The notes: a model not told the origin generated them from the letters alone. A stretch of 32,000 bases of DNA from Mycolicibacterium smegmatis (GCF_001457595.1 NZ_LN831039.1:4560001-4592000), one strand, 5' to 3'; positions 1 through 8,882 are shown, counted from the first letter of the stretch. A program made the numbers and translations.

Positions 1-1231
1 TGCGCGCGGCGATGTGCACCGCGATACCCCCGATGTCGTCACCGAGCAGTTCGCACTCACCGGTGTGGATGGCCGCGCGGATCTGGATGCCCAGCGTCTC
101 CGCGTCCGACCGCAGCGCCTCCGCGTAGCGGATGGCATGCGTCGGCCCCTCGAACGTGCTCAGGTGGCCGTCTCCGGTGCTCTTGACCACCACTCCGCCG
201 AACCGGCCCGACAGTTCCTCGGTGACCTCACCGAACCGCTGCAGCACCGCACGCCACCGTTCGTCGCCGTTGGACGCGGCGTGCTGCGTGGACGCGACGA
301 TGTCGGTGAACAACACGGTGCGCAGCGCGCGGTGTGAGTTGTGCGGCGCCGCATGGTTTCCCGTGACAAACTCCTCGATCTCGGTGAGGACGCGGTCGGC
401 TTCGGTGAACCACGGTGCATGGTCGACGCCGTCGACCTCGAGCCAGCGCGCGCCCGGGATGTGGTCTGCGAGGTAACGGCTGCACTGCACCGGAACGGCC
501 GGATCGTCACGCGCGTGGATGACGAGCGTGGGCGCCGCGATCGTGGGCAGGATGGGCCGCACGTCGATCCGGAACGCGGCCTCGAACGTCGCGCGCGCCA
601 TACCCGGGCTCGCACACAGGCGCTCGAACATCCCCAGTTGGCGCATCGACCCCATCGACGGCATCGCGCACCGGACAGCCGCCCCGCTGCCCCACTGCCC
701 GCGCACGGCCCTGGCCTGCTCCTGGAAATGGATCACCTGCTCGACCGTCGGCGCGTACTCGTCGCCCATCTCCGCGACGCTGCGCGCCCTGATGTCCACC
801 GGGTCACCGTCGAGGTCCTCCCACCGGCAGCCGGCCATCGTCGCGAACGACCCGTACGCCACCAGAGTGCGCACACGCCCGGGCCGGTTGGCCGCGAACA
901 GGATCGAGGCCGGACCCCCCTCGCTCATGGCGAGCACCACGGCGTCGTCGAAACCCACGGCATCCATGACCGCCTCGATCTCGGCCGCGCGGTCGTCGAG
1001 CGTGCGCACCTTCGGAACGGGATCGGACAGGCCGGTGCCTGCCTTGTCGAAGATCGCGACGCGACAGAACGAGGCGAGCTGATCGAAGAACGACTTGAAC
1101 TCGGGCACGGTCCAGAACAATTCGACGTGGCCCACGAAGGGCCCCACGAACACAAGCGGGATCGGCCCGTCGCCGAAGAGCTGATACGCCAGGCTCAGGT
1201 CGCCGCACGAGGCGTACGACGTCTCCGCCAC
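1..1231 (-). CDS. alpha/beta-hydrolase fused to class III adenylate/guanylate cyclase (LipJ/Rv1900c-like architecture); C-terminus runs off the left window edge
   Basis: Absent from the ORF track because there is no stop inside the window. Manual minus-strand translation from GTG 1231 gives VAETSYASCGDLSLAYQLFGDGPIPLVFVGPFVGHVELFW...FDKAGTGLSD (hydrolase N-term). It continues ...PTLVIHARDDPAVP...DHAPW (hydrolase C-term), then RTVLFTDIVASTQ...KSTGDGHLSTF...IRAAIHTGECELLGDDIGGIAVHIAAR (class III cyclase core), still open at base 2. The track ORFs in 14..1265 are in other frames and have Arg/Pro/Ser-rich junk composition. Confidence 0.8.
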   Translation of the reverse strand, partial: MAETSYASCGDLSLAYQLFGDGPIPLVFVGPFVGHVELFWTVPEFKSFFDQLASFCRVAIFDKAGTGLSDPVPKVRTLDDRAAEIEAVMDAVGFDDAVVLAMSEGGPASILFAANRPGRVRTLVAYGSFATMAGCRWEDLDGDPVDIRARSVAEMGDEYAPTVEQVIHFQEQARAVRGQWGSGAAVRCAMPSMGSMRQLGMFERLCASPGMARATFEAAFRIDVRPILPTIAAPTLVIHARDDPAVPVQCSRYLADHIPGARWLEVDGVDHAPWFTEADRVLTEIEEFVTGNHAAPHNSHRALRTVLFTDIVASTQHAASNGDERWRAVLQRFGEVTEELSGRFGGVVVKSTGDGHLSTFEGPTHAIRYAEALRSDAETLGIQIRAAIHTGECELLGDDIGGIAVHIAAR

Positions 1232-1310
1232 AGGTTCGAGCGTAATTGACGCGCGACGATCCCAATACCTACGGAATTCGTGGATGGGATCGCGGCGCTG
1301 GGAGCTGTTG

Positions 1311-1383
<73 letters not shown>

Positions 1384-1526
1384 CTGCCTTTGCCTCGGAT
1401 CACCTCCGCGGCCGAGCGTTGACTCTAGCGTACGGACCGCCCTCGCCGCCAATTGCCTCCGGGCGGGCGCGTCGGCACCGCGGTGAGGCAGGATGTAGAC
1501 ACAACTCTTCGTCTGGGAGGAACGCT

Positions 1527-1796
1527 GTGATCCGCTACGCCGCCGTGATCGCTGTCGGCTACGTACTGGGCGCCAAGGCCGGACGACGCCGCTACGAACA
1601 GATCGCCAGCACCTATCGCGCCGTGACGTCCAACCCGGCGACGAGGGCCGTGATCGACGCGGGCAGGCGCAAGATCGCCAGCCGCGTGTCACCGGACCCG
1701 CAGTTCGTGACGATGACTCCCATCGACGCAGAAACGTCGGTGCTCTCCGTGGAGGATCGCACCGACGCTTCGGCGAAGTCCAAGCGCGGCTGGTAG
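1527..1796 (+). CDS. small conserved hypothetical protein (Rv2342-like, 89 aa)
   Basis: Track ORF 1419..1796 trimmed to GTG 1527, which follows the SD-like GGGAGGA (1515-1521). The product starts VIRYAAVIAVGYVLGAKAGRRRYEQI (hydrophobic N-terminus). Position between tRNA-Asn and dnaG matches Rv2342 (from memory). Confidence 0.6.
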   Translation: MIRYAAVIAVGYVLGAKAGRRRYEQIASTYRAVTSNPATRAVIDAGRRKIASRVSPDPQFVTMTPIDAETSVLSVEDRTDASAKSKRGW

Positions 1797-1817
1797 CCGC
1801 TCTGGTGGGTCCGGGCG

Positions 1818-2126
1818 CTAGCCGAGACCCTGGTTGATGGTCGTGCCGGGCAGCAGCGGGCCCGTGGTGAAACCGGGGTTGCCGCTGCCGGGCGCGCCGA
1901 CCGTGACCGGGCCGATGCCGCCACCGACGGGCGTGCCGTTCGAGTAGGACAGGCACTTGCCGTCTTCCTTGTTGCCGAACCACGCGAGGCAGGCCGGGGC
2001 GGCGGTCACGTCGGCGTCGTGCGCGGAAACGCCCGCGAGGAACGCCGGAGCGGCGGCTGCGGCGACGACGAACGCGCCGACGGCGACGCGGGTTCTGGTG
2101 CTCAACGTCCTCGTGCTGAAGGTCAC
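1818..2126 (-). CDS. small secreted Gly/Pro-rich protein with signal peptide (102 aa)
   Basis: GTG start preceded by GAAAGG. Signal peptide RTRVAVGAFVVAAAAAPAFLAGVSA|HD, two Cys in the mature part, and high GC3. It sits where lppQ lies in M. tuberculosis, but no lipobox Cys is visible. Confidence 0.6.
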   Translation of the reverse strand: MTFSTRTLSTRTRVAVGAFVVAAAAAPAFLAGVSAHDADVTAAPACLAWFGNKEDGKCLSYSNGTPVGGGIGPVTVGAPGSGNPGFTTGPLLPGTTINQGLG

Positions 2127-2149
2127 GGGTTGCCTTTCTGGCCAGGTCG

Positions 2150-2174
2150 GTGCCCGTTAGGGCGTCAACGGCAC
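2150..2174 (-). terminator. weak imperfect hairpin downstream of dnaG
   Basis: GTGCCCGTT ... AACGGCAC forms an 8-bp stem with one bulge and an 8-nt loop, 46 nt past the dnaG stop. No U tract. Confidence 0.2.
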
Positions 2175-2219
2175 AACAGTGTCACAACTTTATCGTGACT
2201 GGGCAACGAATGTGACCCC

Positions 2220-4130
2220 TCAGGCGGTGAGGTCGTCGCCGCTGGCCTGTTCGAGCAGGCTGCGCCGGTAGGACTCCATCGCCACGAGGTCGCCGAACAG
2301 GGCGTGATATTCGTCTCCCTGCTCCACGGGCGACATGCGCTGCAGCTTCGATTTCACCTCGGCGATCTGGCGCCCCACCCACACCTCCTGCAGGCGGGCC
2401 AGCACGCTGGAGATGTAGCGCGGCAGCTTCTCGTCGTCCTCGACGTTGATGGTCTCCACGCTGAGTTCGTTGACCAGGTTGGCCGCGGCAGGCGATGTGG
2501 TCTGCTCACGCACGGTCTCGATCCACTGCGCACCGGTGATGCCCGCCGACGTGCCGCCCGCGGCCTCCATCGCGGTGCGCACCGCGCCGTAGCCGGGGTG
2601 GGTGAAGCTCTCGACGGTCAACGTGTCGAACACCGGGCCGGCCAGCGCCGGGTACTGCAGCCCGGCCTTGAGCGCCTCGCGCTGCGGCCACAACGTCGGG
2701 TCGGTCGGGTCGGGCCGCTGCACCGGCGGCGGTTTGGGCCGCGCGGCGGTCTCCTGGCCGCGGCGGTTGTTGTCCTTGCGGCCGCCGCCCTTGGCCTCCT
2801 CGCGCACGCGCCCGATCACCTGCGCCACGTTGTCCCAGCCGACCCAGCCGGCCAGCTGCCTGGCGTACTCGTCGCGCAGCGTCGGGTCCTTGATGCGCGC
2901 CAGCATCGGCACGCAGCGCCGCAGCGCCGCGACGCGACCCTCGGCGCTGTCCAGGTCGTGTTCGGCGAGGGCGCTGCGAATCACGAACTCGAACAACGGG
3001 GTTCGGCGGGCGACCAGATCCCGCAGCGCGCCGTCACCGGACCGCAGGCGCAGATCGCACGGGTCCATGCCGTCGGCCGCCACCGCCACGAACGACTGCC
3101 CGGAGAGGTTCTGCTCGCCCTCGAACGCCTTGACCGCCGCGGCCCGCCCGGCGTCGTCGCCGTCGAACACGTAGATCAGTTCGCCGCGGAAGAAGTTGTC
3201 GTCCATCATGAGTCGGCGCAGCATCGACAGGTGCTGCTCGCCGAACGCGGTGCCGCACGAGGCGACCGCGGTGGTGACGCCGGCCAGATGCATGGCCATC
3301 ACGTCGGTGTAGCCCTCGACCACGACGGCCTGATGCCCCTTGGCGATGTCCCGTTTGGCCAGGTCCAGCCCGAACAGCACCTGTGATTTCTTGTACAGCA
3401 CCGTTTCCGGGGTGTTGACGTACTTGGCCTGGTTCGGGTCGTCGTCGAACAACCGGCGTGCGCCGAACCCGATGGTCTCCCCCGACGACACCCGGATCGG
3501 CCACAGCAGGCGCCGGTGGAACCGGTCCATGGGTCCGCGCTTGCCCTCGCGGCTCAGGCCCGCGGCCTCGAGTTCCTTGAACTCGAACCCCTTGCGCAGC
3601 AGGTGCTTTGTGAGCTTGTCCCAGCCCGACGGGGCGTAGCCGCAACCGAACTTCGCCGCGGCGGCGGCGTCGAAGTTGCGCTCGGTCAGGTACTGGCGCG
3701 CGGGTGCGGCCTCCTCGGACTGCAGCGCCTCGGCGTAGAACTCGGCGGCCGCGGCGTTGGCCGCGAGCAGACGGCTGCGGCTGCCGCGGTCGCGTTGCAC
3801 GTTGGTGGTGGACGAACCCGTGTAGGTGACGGTGTAGCCGACCTTGTCGGCCAGCAGTTCGACGGCTTCGACGAAACTGACGTGCTCGATCTTCTGGATG
3901 AACGCGTAGACGTCGCCGCCCTCACCGCACCCGAAGCAGTGGAAGTGCCCGTGGTTGGGCCGCACGTGGAACGACGGCGTCTTCTCGTCGTGGAACGGGC
4001 ACAACCCTTTGAGGGAATCGGCCCCGGCCCGGCGCAACTGCACGTAGTCGCCGACGACGTCCTCGATGCGAACCTTCTCACGGATGGCCGCGATGTCGCG
4101 ATCAGGGATTCTGCCTCCGGCCACCGGCAT
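2220..4130 (-). CDS. dnaG: DNA primase
   Basis: 636 aa. Zinc-ribbon CPFHDEKTPSFHVRPNHGHFHCFGCGEGG, TOPRIM motifs VVVEGYTDVM and VFDGDDAG, and a DnaB-binding C-terminal region. Confidence 0.97.
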   Translation of the reverse strand: MPVAGGRIPDRDIAAIREKVRIEDVVGDYVQLRRAGADSLKGLCPFHDEKTPSFHVRPNHGHFHCFGCGEGGDVYAFIQKIEHVSFVEAVELLADKVGYTVTYTGSSTTNVQRDRGSRSRLLAANAAAAEFYAEALQSEEAAPARQYLTERNFDAAAAAKFGCGYAPSGWDKLTKHLLRKGFEFKELEAAGLSREGKRGPMDRFHRRLLWPIRVSSGETIGFGARRLFDDDPNQAKYVNTPETVLYKKSQVLFGLDLAKRDIAKGHQAVVVEGYTDVMAMHLAGVTTAVASCGTAFGEQHLSMLRRLMMDDNFFRGELIYVFDGDDAGRAAAVKAFEGEQNLSGQSFVAVAADGMDPCDLRLRSGDGALRDLVARRTPLFEFVIRSALAEHDLDSAEGRVAALRRCVPMLARIKDPTLRDEYARQLAGWVGWDNVAQVIGRVREEAKGGGRKDNNRRGQETAARPKPPPVQRPDPTDPTLWPQREALKAGLQYPALAGPVFDTLTVESFTHPGYGAVRTAMEAAGGTSAGITGAQWIETVREQTTSPAAANLVNELSVETINVEDDEKLPRYISSVLARLQEVWVGRQIAEVKSKLQRMSPVEQGDEYHALFGDLVAMESYRRSLLEQASGDDLTA

Positions 4131-4183
4131 AGTGTATGCCCGCCTCCGAAGCGCTCAGCGCGGCACAGGCAAGCTTGCCTGCG

Positions 4184-5470
4184 TCACTCCAGCGGCCGCG
4201 GCGAACGGGCCTCGTGCACGCGCTCCAACCGGGTCTCGGTGTAGGACGCGATCTGGTCGATGACCACGCGCAACCGGGCACCGTCGTCGCCCGCCGCGGC
4301 GAACTCGGGCGCGAACTGCGGGTCCAGACTGCCAGGCGCCTGCGCCCACAGCGCCAACGCGACCTCGTGGATACGCGTGCGCTGATCGGCCTGCACCTGC
4401 AGGTGTTGATGGTCGGACATGATGAACTGCAGCGCGAGCATCTTGAGCACCGCGACCTCGGCGCGCACCAGATCGGGGACCACCAGATCGGAGTCGAACC
4501 GCTTGAGCGGCCGGTCCCCTGCCACGGCCCTGGTCTCGGTGATCGCGGCGTTGGCGAACCGGCCGACGAGCTCACTGGTCAGCCGTTTGAGCGCGACCGA
4601 CGCGGCCAGCGTGCCGTCGTACTTGCCGACGGCGGCCACCACGGGCATCTCCGAGAGGCGCTGCGCGGCCGCCAGGAGATCGTCGTGTGCGAGCGACGGG
4701 AACGCGGCGGCGCCCAGCTGGGCCAGTGACTCGGCGGCGTCGGCGTCGGCGAGCACCCGCAGGTCGATGCGCCCCGAGATCACACCGTCCTCGACGTCGT
4801 GCACCGAATAGGCGACGTCGTCGGCCCAGTCCATCACCTGGGCCTCCAGGCACGGCCTGTCCACGGGCGCGCCGTCACGCACCCAGTCGGCCGCGGGGCC
4901 GTCGTCGTCCGGGAAGCCCACGTAGAAGCCGAATTTGCGGCGCTCCTCGGTGCGTCGCCACGGATACTTGGTCACCGCGTCCAGCGACGCCCTGGTGAGA
5001 TTCAGGCCCGCCGACCGTCCGTCGGCGTCGAGCACCTTGGGTTCGAGTCGCGTGAGGATGCGGAAGTTCTGCGCGTTGCCCTCGAAACCCCCGAAGGCCT
5101 TGGCGATCTCGTTGAGCGCGCGTTCACCGTTGTGGCCGTACGGCGGATGCCCGATGTCGTGCGCGAGCCCGGCGAGGTCGACGAGGTCCGGATCGCAGCC
5201 CAGCCCGATCGCCATACCGCGGCCGATCTGCGCGACCTCCAGGGAATGCGTGAGCCGCGTGCGCGGGTTGTCGCCGTGACGCGGCCCCACCACCTGGGTC
5301 TTGTCGGCCAGGCGCCGCAGCGCGGCGCAGTGCAGCACCCTGGCGCGGTCACGCGCGAAGTCGGTGCGGTGCTCGGTGTCGGTGCCGGGCAGCGCAGCGC
5401 TCTTCGCCGGTTCGGGCACCAGCCGCTCCCGGTCGAAGTCGTCGTAGTGGTCGTACTGCGTCGCATTCAC
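4184..5470 (-). CDS. dgt: dGTP triphosphohydrolase-like HD-domain protein
   Basis: 428 aa with HD-domain residues HSLEVAQ and [12 protein letters not shown]. Lies directly upstream of dnaG, as in mycobacteria. Confidence 0.95.
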   Translation of the reverse strand: MNATQYDHYDDFDRERLVPEPAKSAALPGTDTEHRTDFARDRARVLHCAALRRLADKTQVVGPRHGDNPRTRLTHSLEVAQIGRGMAIGLGCDPDLVDLAGLAHDIGHPPYGHNGERALNEIAKAFGGFEGNAQNFRILTRLEPKVLDADGRSAGLNLTRASLDAVTKYPWRRTEERRKFGFYVGFPDDDGPAADWVRDGAPVDRPCLEAQVMDWADDVAYSVHDVEDGVISGRIDLRVLADADAAESLAQLGAAAFPSLAHDDLLAAAQRLSEMPVVAAVGKYDGTLAASVALKRLTSELVGRFANAAITETRAVAGDRPLKRFDSDLVVPDLVRAEVAVLKMLALQFIMSDHQHLQVQADQRTRIHEVALALWAQAPGSLDPQFAPEFAAAGDDGARLRVVIDQIASYTETRLERVHEARSPRPLE

Positions 5471-5516
5471 CGAGGCACAGTCTGCCAGGACATGCCGCCC
5501 ATACCGCGCAGCACAT

Positions 5517-5522
5517 TAGATT
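5517..5522 (+). promoter_or_regulatory. candidate -10 hexamer (TAGATT) giving a leaderless transcript starting at ATG 5530
   Basis: TANNNT-type hexamer 7 nt upstream of ATG 5530, with no Shine-Dalgarno sequence between. Leaderless mRNAs are common in mycobacteria. Confidence 0.3.
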
Positions 5523-5529
5523 GGCCGTC

Positions 5530-7572
5530 ATGCGCATCGGCCGACTGTTCAGCTTGCTGCTCGCGATCCTGACGACCGGGCTACTCGTGGCCCCTGGCGC
5601 GGCGGCCGAACCGCCGCTGCGGCTGGCGACGCAGCTCACCGACCAGGCCGGCGTGCTGTCGGCGTCGCAGCAAGCCGACGTGCAGCGCGCCCTCGACCGG
5701 CTCTACGACGACCGGCGCATCAAGCTGTGGGTGGTGTTCGTCGAGGACTTCTCGCGGCAGAACTACGTGGGCTGGGCACAGAACACGATGCGGCTGAGCG
5801 ACTTCGGCGACGACGACGCGCTGCTGGCCGTCGCGACCGTGGACCGGGCGTTCGCGTTCCAGGTGCCCGACACCATCATGGACACCGCACGTGCCGACGA
5901 CATCCGCCGCAACAGCATCGGCCCGTCGCTGCGCCGCGAGGACTGGGCCGGTGCGGCCATCGCGGCCGCCGATCAGCTCAACACCGAGCCCGCGTCGGCC
6001 ACGGGGGGCGGGGTGTCGTGGCCCGCGCTGCTCATCGTGCTCGGCATCATCGCGGTGCTCATCGGGATCCTGTGGATCTGGTCGCGGCGACGACGCGCCA
6101 AGCGGCGCAAGGCCGAGTTCGAGGCGGCCAAACGCGTGGACCCCACCGATCCGGACGCTTTGGCGAGCGTGCCGCTCGAGGCGCTCGACGCGTTGTCGCG
6201 TGAGATCGTCGTCGACGTCGACAACGCGGTCCGCACCAGCCAGGCCGAACTGGACCTGGCTGTCGAGGAATTCGGCGCCAAACGCACCGAGCCGTTCACC
6301 ACCGCGGTGGCCAACGCGAGAAAAGCCCTCGCGCAGGCGTTCAACGTACGCCAGATCCTCGACGACGACGTGCCCGAGACCCCGCTGCAGCAGCGTGATC
6401 TGCTGACCCGCGTGATCGTGTCGGCCGCGCGTGCCGACCGTGAACTGGAAGCCCAGAGCGCCGCGTTCGAGCAGTTGCGTGATCTGGTGATCAACGCCCC
6501 GGCGCGACTCGACCTCATGACCCAGCAGATGGTCGACCTCAGCGCACGCATCGAAACGTCGCAGCAGACCCTCGCGGCGCTGCACACCCAGTTCGACGCG
6601 CGGGCGCTCGAGTCCGTCGCGGGCAACGTCGACACCGCGCGCGAACGGCTCGCGTTCGCCGACCGCAACATCACCACGGCACGCGGACTGGTGTCCCGAC
6701 CCGCCGCCGACCAGACCGGACTGGTGGACGCGGTGCGCGCCGCCGAGTCCGCGCTGTCACAGGCACGCACGCTGCTTGACGCGGTCGACAGCGCATCGAC
6801 CGACATCAACCGGGCACTGGCCGGGCTGCCCGCCGCCGTCGCGGACATCGAGGCGGGCATCGAACAGGCGAACGACCTTCTGGCACAACCCGATACCCCG
6901 CAGGCCGACAAGCTCGCCACCGCGCGCGACGCCGCCGTGCAGGCTGCCGGCGAGGCCAAGTCCAACGGAACCGCCGATCCGCTCGGCACGTTCACGCGGC
7001 TGACGCAGGCCGACGCCGACCTGGACCAACTGTTGGCCACCGTGCACGAACAGCGCGAGGCCGCCGAACGCCTGGCCCGCACCCTGGAGCAGGCGATCTT
7101 CACCGCCCAGTCCCGCATCACCGCGGTATCCGACTACATCGGGACGCGCCGCGGCAGCATCGGCCCGGAGGCACGCACCCGGCTCGCCGAGGCCACCCGG
7201 CAACTGGAGGCCGCCCAGGCCAAACGGACCACCAACCCCAATGAGGCTGTGGCACATGCCAATGGCGCTTCGACGCTCGCCGCGCAGGCGCAGAGCCTGG
7301 CCAACGACGACGTCCGCGCCGCCCAGCGCACCTACACCTCACACCATGGCGGCGGCGGAGCCGACATCGGTGCCGTGCTCGGCGGCATCATCATCGGCAA
7401 CGTGCTGCGCGGCGGCTTCGGCGGCGGAGGTGGCTATGGCGGCTACGGCGGCGGCTTCGGTGGTTTCGGCGGCGGCTTCGGCGGCGGACGCAGCTCGGGC
7501 CGGCCCACGTCCTATGGCGGGTCGTCACATTCGTCGGGCCGCAACTACGGCGGTGGCGGCGGCCGGTTCTGA
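5530..7572 (+). CDS. TPM-domain membrane protein with long Ala-rich helical region and Gly-rich C-terminal tail (Rv2345-like)
   Basis: Track ORF 5521..7572, with ATG 5530 preferred. Signal peptide MRIGRLFSLLLAILTTGLLVAPGAAA, TPM-like region LTDQAGVLS...KLWVVFVEDF, TM helix WPALLIVLGIIAVLIGILWIW, and tail GGFGGGGGYGGYGGGFGGFGGGFGGG. Confidence 0.9.
   Translation: MRIGRLFSLLLAILTTGLLVAPGAAAEPPLRLATQLTDQAGVLSASQQADVQRALDRLYDDRRIKLWVVFVEDFSRQNYVGWAQNTMRLSDFGDDDALLAVATVDRAFAFQVPDTIMDTARADDIRRNSIGPSLRREDWAGAAIAAADQLNTEPASATGGGVSWPALLIVLGIIAVLIGILWIWSRRRRAKRRKAEFEAAKRVDPTDPDALASVPLEALDALSREIVVDVDNAVRTSQAELDLAVEEFGAKRTEPFTTAVANARKALAQAFNVRQILDDDVPETPLQQRDLLTRVIVSAARADRELEAQSAAFEQLRDLVINAPARLDLMTQQMVDLSARIETSQQTLAALHTQFDARALESVAGNVDTARERLAFADRNITTARGLVSRPAADQTGLVDAVRAAESALSQARTLLDAVDSASTDINRALAGLPAAVADIEAGIEQANDLLAQPDTPQADKLATARDAAVQAAGEAKSNGTADPLGTFTRLTQADADLDQLLATVHEQREAAERLARTLEQAIFTAQSRITAVSDYIGTRRGSIGPEARTRLAEATRQLEAAQAKRTTNPNEAVAHANGASTLAAQAQSLANDDVRAAQRTYTSHHGGGGADIGAVLGGIIIGNVLRGGFGGGGGYGGYGGGFGGFGGGFGGGRSSGRPTSYGGSSHSSGRNYGGGGGRF
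7411..7488 (+). repeat. 18-bp direct repeat GGCGGCTTCGGCGGCGGA (7411-7428 and 7471-7488) within the Gly-rich coding tail
   Basis: Two exact copies 60 bp apart, which is in frame, inside low-complexity GGC/TTC codons. Confidence 0.8.
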
Positions 7573-7587
7573 AGTCGCCCCCGGCTG

Positions 7588-7716
7588 CGCGAGCGTGCGT
7601 GTTTGCATCACAACACACCGTTGCCAGGCAGCAGCCTGCGCACGCTCACAGTTCGTGAGCGTGCGCAGAGTGCTGAAATTCCGCGACGTGTTGTAAGGCA
7701 GACACGCACGCTCGCG
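7588..7716. repeat. 129-bp long imperfect palindrome centred at about 7652
   Basis: Outer arms 7588-7606 CGCGAGCGTGCGTGTTTGC and 7698-7716 GCAGACACGCACGCTCGCG pair at 18/19 positions. Second-tier arms are ACAACAC (7609-7615) and GTGTTGT (7688-7694). An inner perfect 14-bp hairpin occupies 7636-7668. All three share the same centre. Confidence 0.85.
7636..7668. terminator. perfect 14-bp stem hairpin; candidate bidirectional intrinsic terminator between convergent genes
   Basis: CTGCGCACGCTCAC-AGTTC-GTGAGCGTGCGCAG lies 64 nt after the stop of the TPM-protein gene. There is no U tract, as with the I-shaped terminators described in mycobacteria. Confidence 0.4.
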
Positions 7717-7736
7717 GTGCTACCTCGCGGTGCTAC
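7711..7736. repeat. 2 x 13-bp tandem repeat CTCGCGGTGCTAC
   Basis: Exact copies at 7711-7723 and 7724-7736, abutting the left end of the IS element. Confidence 0.9.
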
Positions 7737-8843
7737 TAGTGTCGCGCGTCATTAATTAGTTTACAGTGTGGGATGATGGTGTATGCCGTCATCCACATTG
7801 GTGATCAGTTCTGAAGATCGTGTGACGTTGGAGTCGTGGACGCGGTCCTCGACGGTGCCTGCCGGCCGTGTTGAGCGGGCGCGGATCGTGCTGGCGGTGG
7901 CCGACGGTGCGGGGACCTCGGGTGCGGCGCGGCAGGTGGGGGTGTCGCGGCCGACGGTGATCAAGTGGCGGGATCGGTTCGCCGCGTTCGGCATTGAGGG
8001 GCTTGATGACGAACCACGCAGCGGCCGACCCAAGACGGTCGATGACGCCGAGATCCTGGCGACCACGCTCGAGCCGCCACCGGAATCGTTGGCCGTGACC
8101 CACTGGTCGAGTCGACTGCTCGGAAAGCACCTCGGGATCGGGGATGCCACGGTGGCCCGGGCGTGGCGACGCTACGGGGTCAAACCGTGGCGGCGCGAGA
8201 CGTTCAAGTTCTCCACCGACCCTGAACTGGAGGCCAAGGTCCGTGACGTGATCGGCCTGTATCTGAACCCACCAGAAAAGGCGGTCGTGTTGTGCGTGGA
8301 CGAAAAGAGCCAGATTCAGGCACTCAACCGCACCCAGCCGATTTTGCCGTTGCGTCCGGGACTGCCGGAGAAGGCGACCCACGACTATCAGCGCAACGGC
8401 ACCGCCACGTTGTTCGCCGCCTTGGAAATCGCAACCGGCAAAGTGACCGACCGCTGCTACGAGCGGCACGGCAAAGCCGAGTTCCTCGATTTCCTCAAGA
8501 CGGTCGCCCGGGCCTACCCGCGCCGCAAACTGCATGTGGTGTGCGACAACTACCACACCCACAAACACGCTGACATCAATGCGTGGTTGGTCAAGAATCC
8601 CCGCGTGACACTGCATTTCACCCCGACCTCAGGCTCCTGGTTGAACCTGGTCGAGGTGTTCTTCTCGATCATCACCCGCCAAGCAATCCGCCGGGGCTCG
8701 TTCAACAGCGTTAAAGAACTCATCGCTGCCATCAGCGCCTTCATCGAGGGCTGGAACCAACGCGCCCACCCATTCGTGTGGACCAAGACCGCCGACGAAA
8801 TCCTGCCCCACACTCGTAAACAAACTTCAGACGCGCGACACTA
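7737..8843 (+). mobile_element. IS630-family insertion sequence (1103-bp element plus the flanking TA duplication)
   Basis: Perfect 12-bp terminal inverted repeats GTGTCGCGCGTC (7739-7750) and GACGCGCGACAC (8830-8841), extendable to about 26 bp with mismatches. TA lies on both flanks (7737-7738, 8842-8843). A single DDE transposase ORF fills the element, and the size is typical for IS630. Confidence 0.9.
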
Positions 8844-8844
8844 G
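7783..8844 (+). CDS. IS630-family DDE transposase
   Basis: 353 aa. N-terminal HTH region (GAARQVGVSRPTVIKWRDRF). Catalytic D (VLCVDEKS), D (VVCDNYHTH) and E (WLNLVEVFF), with 35 residues between the last D and E. The TAG stop at 8842-8844 is built from the duplicated TA plus one flanking base. Confidence 0.95.
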   Translation: MPSSTLVISSEDRVTLESWTRSSTVPAGRVERARIVLAVADGAGTSGAARQVGVSRPTVIKWRDRFAAFGIEGLDDEPRSGRPKTVDDAEILATTLEPPPESLAVTHWSSRLLGKHLGIGDATVARAWRRYGVKPWRRETFKFSTDPELEAKVRDVIGLYLNPPEKAVVLCVDEKSQIQALNRTQPILPLRPGLPEKATHDYQRNGTATLFAALEIATGKVTDRCYERHGKAEFLDFLKTVARAYPRRKLHVVCDNYHTHKHADINAWLVKNPRVTLHFTPTSGSWLNLVEVFFSIITRQAIRRGSFNSVKELIAAISAFIEGWNQRAHPFVWTKTADEILPHTRKQTSDARH

Positions 8845-8880
8845 GCGCGGTGCCACGGTGCCAGGTGCCGGGTGCCGGGT
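8845..8880. repeat. degenerate short tandem tract, four GGTGCC copies at 7-8 bp spacing
   Basis: GGTGCC occurs at 8849, 8857, 8864 and 8871. The first unit, GCGCGGTGCCAC, resembles the 13-mer on the other side of the IS. Confidence 0.8.
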
Positions 8881-8882
8881 GG

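Noticed and set aside
341-1249. 302-aa plus-strand ORF, plus several minus-strand ORFs in 160..1265
   Set aside because: All are off-frame or antisense relative to the hydrolase-cyclase gene, which was recovered by manual translation.
5581-7121. 334-aa and 382-aa minus-strand ORFs inside the TPM-protein gene
   Set aside because: These antisense frames are Arg/Ser-rich low-complexity sequence. The plus-strand frame has a signal peptide, a TM helix and a coherent domain layout.
8845-8880. Short GGTGCC repeats as a possible CRISPR array or other array
   Set aside because: The units are 6-13 bp with 7-8 bp periodicity and no spacers, and no cas genes are present. This is a simple degenerate microsatellite.
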